A DNA stretch of 64,000 nt from contig MU626261.1 in NCBI GenBank assembly GCA_025603075.1, forward strand, positions 1 through 64,000. The letters run 5' to 3'. A program made the translations under genes and the position numbers. This DNA comes from Neoconidiobolus thromboides FSU 785 (lineage: Eukaryota; Fungi; Entomophthoromycota). The notes under the pieces are model-generated. The model searched no databases and was not told the DNA's origin. It saw only the letters and a program-made list of their open reading frames with translations. Below are positions 12,538 through 24,501 of this stretch, in pieces; position 1 is the first letter of the stretch, and each line of letters opens with the position of its first letter.

Positions 12538-15500
12538 ATGTCAAGACAACGCAATCCACCAGCTAATAAGCCAGCTGCGTCAACTTCCGCTGCCGATGCT
12601 AACCAAGTAGAAGAAGAAAAGTACATCCAAAGGAAGATTGAAAAAGAGCAATATGATAACCGTCAACATATCACACGTACTCATGTATCAATGAGTTTAT
12701 TTCTACTATACATTCTCATGCTTTTAGCTTTTGGCAGCCGATTTTTTAAAGATGGGTTCCTATTGACCAGAGTGACTTTGGACAATGAGACTGTAGATTT
12801 AGGAAGTAGTAAAATAGAACCGAAATTCACCAAAAGTATCATTGTATTAATTGATGCCTTAAAGTATGAGTTTATTTCAGAAGCTAAAGATAGTGAGGGT
12901 AAGCTAATTAAGGATAAAGAATATTTGAATCAGTTTGAAAAAGTGAATGAATTGTTGTCAGAAAAAGATAATAATTTGTTATTTAAATTTATCGCCGATG
13001 CTCCAACTACTACTCTGCAAAGGATCAAAGGTTTAACCACTGGTTCATTACCAACTTTTATCGATGCTGGTGCTAATTTTAATGGAGGAAATATAACAGA
13101 AGATAATATAATTAGCCAATTAGTGAATAATAATAAATCGATTGCCTTTTTAGGAGATGATACTTGGTTAAGCTTGTATCCTAATAAGTTTGATATAGAG
13201 TTAGGCTCTGATTCATTCAATGTTTGGGACTTAGATACCGTAGATAATAATATATTTCAACAATTTGATGATGTATTTTACAATAAAAGCTCAGAAAGGG
13301 AATGGGATGTGATTATTGCTCATTTTTTGGGGGTCGATCATTGTGGGCATAGATATGGACCTAACCATAGCGAAATGAAAAGAAAATTGAAACAGATGGA
13401 TGAGTTTATCTTTGATTTATATCAAAAGATGGATGAAGATACAATACTATTTGTATTTGGTGACCATGGTATGGATATGAAAGGAGATCATGGTGGAGAA
13501 AGTAATAATGAGATTGAAGCTGGATTGATTGTTTTGAGTAAGAAGAAGATTAGGAATTATTATCAACAGAATGAGTTATTTATGAAATTAAACTTATTGA
13601 ATGAAAATAATAGTTATAATGAATTAATTAATGGAAACCAAATCAATCATGTATTTAACGATAAGGTACGTACTGTTAACCAAATTGATTTTGTACCAAC
13701 GTTTAGTTTATTAATGGGCTTAGAGGTACCTTTTAATAATTTGGGTAAAGTAATTTTAGATTTATTTTTAAGTGACGTAAATGATGTTGGATTTATTAAT
13801 TATCTCAAAAGAAACATAAAGCAAATATATACGTATTTAAATGAATATAACAAATTAAATTCAAATGATCCATTACACATCAACGATGAATTGTTGGAAT
13901 ATTACAATAAGTTTAATGATGTTACTGAGAATGTCAATAACAAAGAGAACGTTGATGTTAATGATTTAAAGCAGTTAATTTTAAATTCCTACCAATTTTT
14001 TAATTTGAATTTAAATAATTGTAAAAATCGATGGGCCCAATTTAATCAAACGAATATTCAGATGGGGTTATTTTTACTATTAGTAAGCTGTATAATCTTA
14101 GCATGTGAAGTAATGTTTAAAACATATCCTACAAAGCAATATGAAAAGAACTTTAATCTAAGGATGGGCAGATTATTATCTTTATTATTCGGAACAGGAT
14201 TTATCGGTGGTATCTGTGGATTGTTAGGTGTAACTAAAGTTACCCCAGCCTTAGAAGATAATTTTATCTTTTCAATATTAGCATCATCAGTTATTGGATA
14301 CTTTATCAATTTTGGCTACGAAATTATCGAAAATGAATCAATTGTTAAGTTTAATATTAAGAATATTGTTAATGTCAATTATAATTCTATGGACTTGTTC
14401 TTTATAGTAAATAATATAATCACGATATTATTTATTATATTTACCAACGCTTCAGTCAATTTAGTAATCAGTGAAGACTCTTTAATTTATTATTTATTGG
14501 TGTTTTATCATGTTGGACTCATTTGTTATTTAAAGTTTTACTTAAACAATAATAACAATATAGATAATAGGAGCAATATTATAAAAACAAATAGTAATAA
14601 ATTAATACAGTACAGCTTAGCTTTATTACTATTATTTACAATTCAATATCAAATTACTATTTGTAGAGAAGAGCAGATGGAATATTGTAAACCAACATTT
14701 TATAATTTGACTAACATTTTATTCAATAATAAGTTGTTTGCTATGTTGAGTAATGTTAGTAATTCTTTAGAGTCCTTTTCAACTATTACATCTTATCCAG
14801 TCATATTAATTAGTTTGATAGTAGCATTTCTGTTAAAGAACTTGATAGTTCATCAATTTAAACAAACAAAGAGTTATTTTACATCAGCACCCATTTGGAT
14901 GGATTATTTATTCCCAGTTTATGTAGTATTAATAATATTATATTATTTTATAGACAATAATAATATTACATTAATCAATGAAAATCCAGTATATTTTGAT
15001 TTACTTAATTTTATCAAGATCTATTTGATACGTTTAACAATTAGTTTATTTTTAATTACTGGTTTATTCTTATTTTTCAGTAATCCATTACTTATTAATG
15101 TTGAAATGATTCAATACAATAACACAAATACTGATGATAAAGATAATAATAATAGTGTAATTCATTCGATGGTAGTATTAGGTATTGGTAATGGGTATGG
15201 TGCTCCAATCTTATTATTTTTAAGTATAATTTACTTGTTACTAATCTCAGTACAATTACCCATGGGAAGTATAGTAGTATCGCTTGGGTTCGTAGCAATA
15301 ATAATATATTCCAATATTGTTGATTTAATTAAGGAGATTTACTTATTATTACCTAGAGGTGATAATAATAGATCATCCATTTTACCAAACTCTCTTCAAA
15401 TTAGTTTTATATTATGGTTGTTTTTAGTATCCAAATTAATATTTTTTTCAACTGGGCATCAAGCCACCTTATCTTCATTACAATGGAATATTGGGTTTGT

Positions 15501-15900
15501 TGGTTTATATGAAAAGCATAACTTACTTTCTCCTTTATTAATCATCCTTAATACTACCTCAGGACAAATTTTAATAGCCTTAGCTATGCTTTACATTTAT
15601 TATTTTAAATCAGAACCTAACTTAAATAAGTTATATACTACTATACCACATTGTTTGATGAGATATTTTAATGTATATTTCTTAATCTTTAGTTTAGATT
15701 TAGCATTTTCTTCATTATGGGCAGGATATCATCAACGTCATTTAATGGTTTGGAAATTATTTGCCCCACGTTATATATTTGCTGTTGTCACTTGCTTTTC
15801 CGCTATTTCTGTCAACCTATTCGTAACTCTCTTTTTCCCATCTGTCATTGTACTTAATGAAGTTACGGACATTTTAACTATTATTGAGAATAAAAGATAA
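12538..15900 (+). CDS. GPI13: GPI ethanolamine phosphate transferase 3 (PIG-O)
   Basis: IDALKYEF, ADAPTTTLQRIKGLTTGSLPTFIDAGANF, GDDTW, AHFLGVDHCGHRYGP, GDHGMDMKGDHGG, C-terminal multi-TM region with FFSTGHQATLSSLQW and RHLMVWKLFAPRYIF. Confidence 0.93.
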   Translation: MSRQRNPPANKPAASTSAADANQVEEEKYIQRKIEKEQYDNRQHITRTHVSMSLFLLYILMLLAFGSRFFKDGFLLTRVTLDNETVDLGSSKIEPKFTKSIIVLIDALKYEFISEAKDSEGKLIKDKEYLNQFEKVNELLSEKDNNLLFKFIADAPTTTLQRIKGLTTGSLPTFIDAGANFNGGNITEDNIISQLVNNNKSIAFLGDDTWLSLYPNKFDIELGSDSFNVWDLDTVDNNIFQQFDDVFYNKSSEREWDVIIAHFLGVDHCGHRYGPNHSEMKRKLKQMDEFIFDLYQKMDEDTILFVFGDHGMDMKGDHGGESNNEIEAGLIVLSKKKIRNYYQQNELFMKLNLLNENNSYNELINGNQINHVFNDKVRTVNQIDFVPTFSLLMGLEVPFNNLGKVILDLFLSDVNDVGFINYLKRNIKQIYTYLNEYNKLNSNDPLHINDELLEYYNKFNDVTENVNNKENVDVNDLKQLILNSYQFFNLNLNNCKNRWAQFNQTNIQMGLFLLLVSCIILACEVMFKTYPTKQYEKNFNLRMGRLLSLLFGTGFIGGICGLLGVTKVTPALEDNFIFSILASSVIGYFINFGYEIIENESIVKFNIKNIVNVNYNSMDLFFIVNNIITILFIIFTNASVNLVISEDSLIYYLLVFYHVGLICYLKFYLNNNNNIDNRSNIIKTNSNKLIQYSLALLLLFTIQYQITICREEQMEYCKPTFYNLTNILFNNKLFAMLSNVSNSLESFSTITSYPVILISLIVAFLLKNLIVHQFKQTKSYFTSAPIWMDYLFPVYVVLIILYYFIDNNNITLINENPVYFDLLNFIKIYLIRLTISLFLITGLFLFFSNPLLINVEMIQYNNTNTDDKDNNNSVIHSMVVLGIGNGYGAPILLFLSIIYLLLISVQLPMGSIVVSLGFVAIIIYSNIVDLIKEIYLLLPRGDNNRSSILPNSLQISFILWLFLVSKLIFFSTGHQATLSSLQWNIGFVGLYEKHNLLSPLLIILNTTSGQILIALAMLYIYYFKSEPNLNKLYTTIPHCLMRYFNVYFLIFSLDLAFSSLWAGYHQRHLMVWKLFAPRYIFAVVTCFSAISVNLFVTLFFPSVIVLNEVTDILTIIENKR

Positions 15901-15941
15901 ATGATTTTCTTGAATATTTAAAACCTTATTCATTTTTATTA

Positions 15942-16631
15942 CTAATAAAACAAATCAATTTCTCTTACACTTGATAACAATGAATCTGAACCATGAAACC
16001 CGTTTTTAGTCTTATCTAAACCTATCAAGGCACGTAAGCTAATATATGGTTAATGAAATTGAGATTGTTAGTCTACATAGTTTTATACTATTGATATTGT
16101 CATTTTACCTATTTACATTATTCTTTCTGTCAACTTCTGGATCAGTACTACCAATATAATTACGCCACCTACTGATAGCTTTATATCCTTTTAATTGAAA
16201 TAGATAAACTTCATCACTATTGTTTTTTTTTAATAAGCTAAAAGTATTAGAGTATAATGTGTCTTATTTTACCTAATCATATATTTCACCAAATCTTCAA
16301 AAAATCCTTTACCCTCGTGTTCTTCATAAAATTCTTCTACCCTCTTTTTATCCAGTTTTTCTTTTCTCCAATTAATAAGTTCCAATTTTTGTCCTTCTTC
16401 GCTCCCTTGGTTTATTATATAACTAGAAATAATTCCCATATTATTCACATTGGCAAACTCAGGCTTAACTATAGCAAGCGTAGTTTCCTAAAAACAGAGT
16501 ATTATATTAATATATCATATCTTAAATTTTTAATATGTCTTTACTTGATTATAGTACCAGTGAGTTAAATCACAGCTAGTTATTAAATATATTAAATTTA
16601 TTATTTGGAAGTAAGTAATAATAAGCTTCAT
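15942..16631 (-). CDS. Nucleoside diphosphate kinase with signal-peptide-like N-terminus; 4 exons (16631-16545, 16487-16273, 16216-16109, 16038-15942); absent from the ORF track
   Basis: GT-AG splicing gives MKLIITYFQIINLIYLITSCDLTHWYYNQ-ETTLAIVKPE...FYEEHEGKGFFEDLVKYMIS...AISRWRNYIGSTDP...SLRALIGLDKTKNGFHGSDSLLSSVREIDLFY*, with all NDK motifs including the phospho-accepting His of HGSDS. Confidence 0.88.
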
Positions 16632-17329
16632 GACTGATAATTATATTTCTTTTTTTTTCGGATAAAAAGAATGAATGATGGGACTATAAGGTTCATTAAT
16701 TTATAAGCAAAAAAATAAATAGATTGAAAATTAGAAGTTAGATGAATTAATTTAATAAAAATCATCACTCTATCCCTTAATTATTCTAAAATAGTAGGAG
16801 TCTCAATTTAATATTAATGGCAAAAATTTGAAATATTATTTATTTTAAAATTATCTACTAGTGATATTTAAATTTCGATTTTATTTTTTATTTAATTATT
16901 ATTTATTATAATCAACTATTTTGTACCTCAATCATATTACAAATAGACTACTGCAAACCAACTATTTAATTCTTCAAAATAATAGAAGCGAGTATAAGAA
17001 ATAAAGCAAACTTAATGATTGGTTCAAATCTGAAAAAAAGTGAGTCATTGAATTTAAATTTTCAAGAGATTGACTAAATAAGTTTGAAAAGTCTTAACTC
17101 AAATAAAAATCTATCAAATTCAAAGAATAAAAAAGCGAAATTTTTCATCCTTTAAAGGCTGTTAATTGATTGGACCTTCAAACTACTAAGAAATAGAAGG
17201 TAATCGAGATCATTGGCTAACATCGAAACTAACCAAAGGAAGCTTACTAAAAAATCGAAGGTATAAAAAGAAGATATTACAGCTAGACGGCTCTATTTTT
17301 TTAAACTAAAAATAAATACATACTAAACA

Positions 17330-18501
17330 ATGACTGCTACTAATGCTCAAAACAATGTTTCCACTGCCACTTTCGAAGTTAAAGCTGGTATGGCTAAAAT
17401 GTTGAAGGTAATATATTATTTTCTATCTATTTTTATTGAATATTCCAATTTTATACAATAATCACGCTAATAAGCTAATATTAACTGTAAATAAATATAT
17501 TAATTCAATTATTAGGGAGGTGTCATCATGGATGTCGTAAATGCTGAACAAGCTCGTATTGCTGAAGAAGCTGGGGCCTGTGCTGTTATGGCTTTAGAAA
17601 GAGTACCAGCTGATATCCGCAAAGATGGTGGTGTAGCACGTATGTCTGACCCAGATATGATCAAAAAGATTAAAGAAGCTGTAACCATTCCAGTTATGGC
17701 TAAAGTACGTATCGGTCACTTTGTTGAAGCTCAGGTAATTTAATTTGTACTATTTTTCAGTCATTTTTTTATTCAATATATAAAGATCCTTGAAGCTATT
17801 GATATCGATTACATTGATGAATCCGAAGTACTCACTCCAGCTGATGATGAACATCACATCAACAAATCTGACTTTAAAGTACCTTTCGTTTGTGGTTGCA
17901 AAGATCTTGGTGAAGCTTTACGTCGTATCAATGAAGGCGCTGCTATGATTCGTACCAAGGTAATTATAATTTAATTTAAGAAAATCAATCTAAATTGACA
18001 ACTTTTATTTTTCAGGGTGAAGCTGGGACTGGTAATGTTATTGAAGCTGTACGTCACACCCGTACTGTTTCTACTCAAATTCGTCGTGCTCAACTTATGT
18101 CCGAACAAGAATTATATGCTTATGCTAAAGAATTACGTGCTCCATTTGAATTATTAAAGGAAACCGCTAAATTAGGTCGTCTCCCAGTTGTTAACTTTGC
18201 TGCTGGTGGCGTTGCCACCCCAGCTGATGCTGCCCTTATGATGCAATTAGGCTGTGATGGTGTTTTCGTTGGATCTGTAAGTTTTTATGTAAATATGTTA
18301 AATTAGTGCTAATGTTTTTATTAGGGTATCTTTAAATCAGGTGATGCTGCTAAACGTGCTAAAGCTATTGTACAAGCTGTTACCCATTATAAAGATGCTA
18401 AAACACTTGCTGAAGTATCAGAGAATTTAGGTGAAGCTATGGTTGGTATTAACTGTGATGATCTCCCAGCTAGCCAAAAATATTCTCAAAGGGGATGGTA
18501 A
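17330..18501 (+). CDS. SNZ1: Pyridoxal 5'-phosphate synthase subunit Pdx1/Snz; 5 exons (17330-17407, 17516-17734, 17786-17959, 18016-18276, 18325-18501)
   Basis: [101 protein letters not shown]; introns splice in frame. Confidence 0.97.
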
Positions 18502-18775
18502 ATAATTGACGTTTAACAGACTTACTTTTGAAATTTTAAAAAATATGAATAAAATATAAATGTATTTAAACTATTTATTGTTTATTATTTGAAGGGGTAA
18601 TTCGTTAAGGATATGTTTTAGAAAGTTGTTTTAATAAATATAAGAGTAATAATTTAAAAAAGTTTTAATTATTCTAAAAAGACTCAATATAAATATTTGG
18701 AATTAAACATAAGAAAAGACAACATTAAAGTTTATTAGTAGCAGTTTAATATTGTAGTAATAATAAATCAAATGA

Positions 18776-18810
18776 AATAGTTAATAGTTAATAGTTAATA
18801 GTTAATAGTT
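18776..18810. repeat. 7-bp tandem repeat (AATAGTT)x5
   Basis: Direct reading of the sequence. Confidence 0.85.
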
Positions 18811-19889
18811 AATATTAATAACATAACTGATGATGAATACTAAAGTACCAAATTTTAACAAATCATGGACAAATTAGCTAAAAAATTTAATTTATTAAAA
18901 GCTTATCTTGATATTAAATAACATCATTAATATAGCTTACTAGTTTACAGCTATTTATCCTATCTACTTTACATTTTCCAAGGATCAAGATTTATATACA
19001 TATTATAGTTAAAAAAGTAACAATTGAACTGAGTTTAACGAATGATTTTTTTAATATGCAATTCAACGTCAAAGATATAATTAAGCCAAATATTATTTAA
19101 TTGTTTTTTAGGATCCATGATTTGAGATGTTATTTTATCAAATAATTTTTATATTATATTTGTTTATGTTTGTTTTAAAATTCTATTTTATTACAGTTTA
19201 CTTTGAGTTGATCCTTATTTTTTGATAATTCAAAATACCTAAACATATGTAATTTTTTGTTATACAGAGGATTCTTATATTGCTTTTTTCATATTTTTGT
19301 TTCAATAAGTTAAAATTGTTACTAAGAAATTTGGGACAGGGTAATAAAGCTTAACTATAATTACATCTGATTATTTTGATTGTTTTTGGCAATTTATACA
19401 CAATCGAATGAATGTGTTTACTAAAAGTTCTTAAATTGAACCTTCATGTTTTAATCTTTTATAAAGTAAAGTTCACTCCAAGACTATATTTTATAGGAAC
19501 GATAAAGCTATACCATTACAGTTGTATTAAGAAAATGTCTACTTGTTTTCTATAACTTAGAGCACTATGCGTATAAAGGATTTTGTTAAAAGAGTTACTA
19601 TAATGTATTGCTTATATCTTTATACAAAGGTATATAGACAGTTAGTCTTTTACTTGAAGAATATAAAAACTCAACTAAACTATTATAGACGCATTCAAAC
19701 AATTATTCATTATCTCTAAATTTAGGTATTAAAAATGAAATTACTAAGCGTCGTCATTTAATCTATTTTTTTTACTGTGAGTTTATTGCTAGTTTCACTT
19801 AGTTAAGATTTAATATTCTTGAATTGGTTTAAAAGCTCCATAGATATTTGTAGAAATGAGAAGTTTTTTTCATTTAAAGCTATTCACCA

Positions 19890-20782
19890 ATAGTTAAAAA
19901 TTATCCTAAACCTGAAAATGTAAACGAGAAGACTTGTAGATATGGGGATGTATTTTCGTATTTAAGAATTTTACTAACAATTTTTCCACTCAAGTAGCGC
20001 TTAAAAGACAGAAAAAGTGAAGTCGAAAAAGACATCCTCATATAACAATTTAAATCTAAATAATTTTTATGATTCAATTGCTCTTTCAAACTACATTTCA
20101 AATTCTCCTTTATTAATATGGATTTCAAGTAGTGCCTAAGTATCTGAAGATATAGAACCAAGTAAAATTATGGCAGCCAGCTTAGTTAAAGATTATGGTG
20201 CTGTAACTGCTATCATATACCATCCTTTAAATCAAAGAGGTAGAGAAAATGGAGTTAGGGATTCAAGTCATATTAAAGACATCATAAAGGCTTTCTTTAA
20301 TATTACTTCTTCTTTTAATCATCTTAATCTAAAAGATAGTAAAATAACTATTGATAATTACTCAACAGGTGCTCTTTTAAATGCTTTATTGGCATTAGAT
20401 ATTAACCAATATACTAATAATAGTAAGTTTGTAAATCAAGTCAAAAACGTCGTTTCAATTGGTGATATCTTTATCTTGGTTTGGAATCATTAGCTAAATA
20501 AGATAGTTTGTATATTCATCAATTTATTGAGCATACATTCGGTACTAATGAATCAGATGCATGGAGAAAGGCATTTCCACAGTATATTGTTACTTCAGAA
20601 TCATTGAACAAAGTCAGTTATGCTCCACTACCAAAGTGTTTATTATTTGATTCTACTAAGAATATACATGTTAAGTTGTAACAAACAACTCGATTCACTA
20701 AATATTTACATGATATTCGATTAAAGTAAGTTGATGTTATTCAAGGTGAACATGGCCGAATTTCTATTCATACTAAAGTATA
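19890..20782 (+). pseudogene. Degenerate alpha/beta-hydrolase copy 2, interrupted near its 5' end by a MITE-like element
   Basis: Aligns to copy 1: PLLIWISSSA*VSEDIEPSKIM, NYSTG, GDIF, AK*DSLYIHQFIEHTFGTNESDAWRK, FDSTKN, GEHG. Homology continues on both sides of the repeat at 19941-20043. Confidence 0.7.
19941..20043 (+). mobile_element. MITE-like copy inserted in hydrolase pseudogene 2
   Basis: ATAT-GGGGATGTATTTT...GACATCCTC-ATAT with the family interior. Confidence 0.8.
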
Positions 20783-21716
20783 AAGTAATATTGGTAAATT
20801 CATTTTAAATTAAGTAAAGTTAATATTTTAATATACCAAATTTAACTTTCATTTTAATTTTGAGTTTTTTAAATAAACTAATTTTAGTAAGCTAAATAGA
20901 TCATAATTTTAATAAGGTAACTAACTAACATTTTGATTTTATTAAATTGTTTAACAATAGTAAATACCTATAAATTCAATAACTGATAATCAACTAAATA
21001 ATAAGGCATTAGAAAAACTCGATTACTTATATACGATTATATAAAGAATAAAGTAAACTTATAATGAAAAAAAGTAAAACTAATGAAATATAGTATTCAA
21101 TTTTAAAACCAATACTTAATAAAGTTAAAAATAACTTACTTTATATATAATAGTTATAAGAAAGCAAATCGTAAAAATAGTTTAAACTAAAGTAATAAAA
21201 AACATCAATATTTATAAATTTATAAAAACACGATTCTTAAAATTTAATAAAGGGTTAACAGCACATTTAAAAACAATAAAGTATATAAATGTAATATAAA
21301 TTATAAATTGACCAATAAGTCACTTCTACAACTAAGTTTCATGATATTTTGATATAACTTTGACATCAAATAAACTATTGAATGTTGATAATTTTTTTCT
21401 CAAACATTAAAAAAATGGGAACACGCTAAAAGAATTAAAAATTTTAACCTCTTTTAATTGGTTATAAAATCCTCGTTTTTGAATTAAGTCTTAATTTACC
21501 TAGAATAGACACTAAAATATCAAAATATTATGGGAGAAATTGGAACTATTAATTGTTAACTCAATAATAACGAATTAAACTCGACCTTAATGAGAAAGCG
21601 TGTTTCTAGCCAATGATTTGTCTTAGAAACTAGTGATGAAGGATAAGAATAAAAATCAACTTGATCAATATTGATCAAAATTACCTTAATCAAATTATAA
21701 TATTCAATTCATTAAG

Positions 21717-22457
21717 ATGCTTGAAGCTAAATTAACCCAAGGCAGTGTATTAAAAAAAGTAATTGAAGCATTAAAAGATTTAGTTAATGAAGCCAATTTC
21801 AACTGTGATGATCATGGTATTAAGGTACAAGCTATTGATCCCAGTCATGTAGCTTTAATTTCCTTATTATTAAAAGCAGACGGTTTTGAACCATACCGAT
21901 GTGATCGTCATTTGACTCTTGGATTATCCTTGTTATCTTTGAATAAAATATTAAAATGTTCAGGAAATGATGATAGTATTGTTTTAAAAGCAGATGATGA
22001 AGCTCAAACTTTAGGATTGACTTTTAGTTCTCAAAGTAAGTTAAAATTTTAGTTTTGGTTTAAAACAATGATATTGAATTTTTTTAAAATTTTTATTAGA
22101 TGAAACTAGAGTTAGTGAATTTGATCTTCGTCTTATCAATCTTGATGCTGATGATTTTGGTATCCCAGAAACTAAATATGATACCGTTATTACAATGTCT
22201 TCAGCTGAATTTTTTAAAATTTGTAGAGATCTTAGTACTTTAAGTGATTCAAGTAAGTTTTTTTATTAAAAAAGTTTAATAAGATTGTTTAATCAAAGTT
22301 GAATTTTTTAGTTGTCATTGAAGTTTCGAAAGGAAGTATTAAATTTGGTGCTAGTGGTGAAACTGGCAATGGCTCTACCTGTATTAAACCAGGAAATAGC
22401 AGTATTGATAATGTAAGTTTTTAAAATAATAATAGTAATAGTAATCGTTGTTTTTAA

Positions 22458-22495
<38 letters not shown>

Positions 22496-22727
22496 TAATA
22501 ACTAAAAACTAATTTTATAGGATACTGTAGAAACTGTAATTCGATGTGCATCCCCAATTACACTAAGATTTGCTGTCAAATATCTACTTTCATTTGCTAA
22601 AGCTACTCCTTTATCACCAACCGTTTCTTTAAATATTTCAGAAGGTTTACCTATCTTAATTGAATATCCTATTAATGATATGGGTCATTTACAATACTTT
22701 TTAGCTCCTAAAATTGATGACGAATAA
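21717..22727 (+). CDS. POL30: Proliferating cell nuclear antigen; 4 exons (21717-22035, 22100-22252, 22312-22412, 22521-22727)
   Basis: MLEAKLTQGSVLKKVIEALKDLV, DPSHVALI, YRCDRHLTLG, KILKCSGNDD, GIPE, EFFKICRDL, AKATPLS, GHLQYFLAPKIDDE*. Confidence 0.96.
22457..22500. repeat. (AAT)n microsatellite in PCNA intron 3; similar tracts at ~24460-24545 and ~26505-26610 (the latter encodes poly-Asn)
   Basis: Direct reading of the sequence. Confidence 0.85.
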
Positions 22728-23158
22728 ACTATTTTTTGCTTTCTTTTATTACTTGAGTTATTTTTAACACCAAATTATCATTGTTTTATTTGTCTAAAAA
22801 GAGTGTATTGATATAAATGAAACTTAAGGTGGGATAAAGTCAAACAGGGATCAAGCTTCATAAAAGTAAGTTAAAAAAGACACCATGGAGCGATCAAAAT
22901 CAGTCATAAAGGTGGGGATCATAGACTTTATATTATTATGTTTGTTATGGGCAGGTTTTATTTTGAATTTATAAATTAAATCTACCAAATTTTATATTAA
23001 CTTATATATTCAATTTTAAATATAAAAGAAATTTCTTCAACAAAAAGAATTGAAATTGTTAAAAAAAATTGGGATTTATAAAAATAGGATCAAAATGTAG
23101 AAATTCATCAAATTTCAATTTTTTGAATTTCTTAACTTTTGAATTTTACTATTTTAAA

Positions 23159-24469
23159 ATGATAGCCTCAACACTAATTAAAGGAAATAAACCTTGGGTC
23201 GGATTGAAACTAGTTCAACAAACTAGTAGTTTAAGGTATTTTAATACCATTGGTGGATTATGTTTAAAATCAGGTATGTTATACAGCTTGAATTTGAAAT
23301 CAAGGTTAGAATATTAAATTTTACTCAATTTGATTAGGCGGTACAGTCAAAAAAACAACTGCATTTACTAAAAAATCAGGACCTAGTAATACTAGTAAAA
23401 GAGTAAGTGCTTAGATATTTATGATGTTCAAAACTTGTGAAAAAAAGTATTAATATTGAGTAAAAATAGGTCATTTCTTTAGAACAAGTTAAACCTGAAA
23501 ATTGGAGTTTAATGCAAGCAACTAGTTTAATGGTACCTGAAATGAATGTGGTAAGCATTTATTCTACAATTTGAAATGGAATTTAATTTTCAATGAATCA
23601 ATTTCTTTTATTAATAGGAAAATATGGTGGAAACAAATGAAAATATAGTATTTTCTTTACCTAATGTATTAAAAAAATCGGATAAATTAAAATTATTACC
23701 CAAATTTTTAGAAAAAGAAGTAAGTTTTATTACGATTTGTATAAAGATGATAATATTTATTCAATATTAATAATTTAAAAGTTTAATTTTATTGGGGAAG
23801 CCAGTTTGTTATTAAGAAATTCAAGTTTAAAATTAATTAATTTAATTAATGAAATGGATGCTAAAAAACAGCAATTACCTATCATTCTTGGTAAATATTA
23901 ATTATATAATAAATATAATATTAATATACAATCTTTTTATTATAGATGGTATGTCTGGAAGTGGAAAGAGCAGTCATTTACTTCAATTAGTATCATATAG
24001 TTTAATTAAGAAAAACTGGGTTGTAATTTATATACCAAATGGTAAACTTAATATAATCATAATATAATCATAATAATTTCAATTATTTATTTTATAGCTA
24101 TTAATTGGGTTAATGGTACAAGTAGTTATAATCCAGATATTGAAAAAGATTTATATCAACAACCTCAACTTACTAATGAATTTTTAAAACAAATTCAATA
24201 TCTTAATAAAGATAATTTAGATAAAGTAAGTTTATGTAATAATAACATAAAATAATAAATTTAATTAATATTATTTTTATTTAGATTGTGTTAGAAAATG
24301 ATGTAACTTTTAATCAAGTTAAATTTTCTAAAGGAACTAAATTAAATCAAATAATCCTCAATGGTATTAATGATTTAGCTGTATCAACAGATTGTATGAA
24401 ATTATTATTTGATGTACTTGAGAAACAAAAAGAGTAAGAATTAATTTTATATTTAATAATAATAATATC

Positions 24470-24501
<32 letters not shown>

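Noticed and set aside
15900-15942. GPI13 and NDK stop codons only 41 bp apart (overlapping 3' UTRs likely)
   Set aside because: Common in compact fungal genomes; no further evidence of antisense regulation
16640-17329. Expected SNO/PDX2 partner divergent from SNZ1
   Set aside because: The divergent neighbour is the NDK gene; no glutaminase motifs were found
18830-19730. Stop-ridden segment containing SDYFDCFWQFIHNRMNVFTK, reminiscent of a fungal transcription-factor middle region
   Set aside because: One short motif only; insufficient to name a pseudogene
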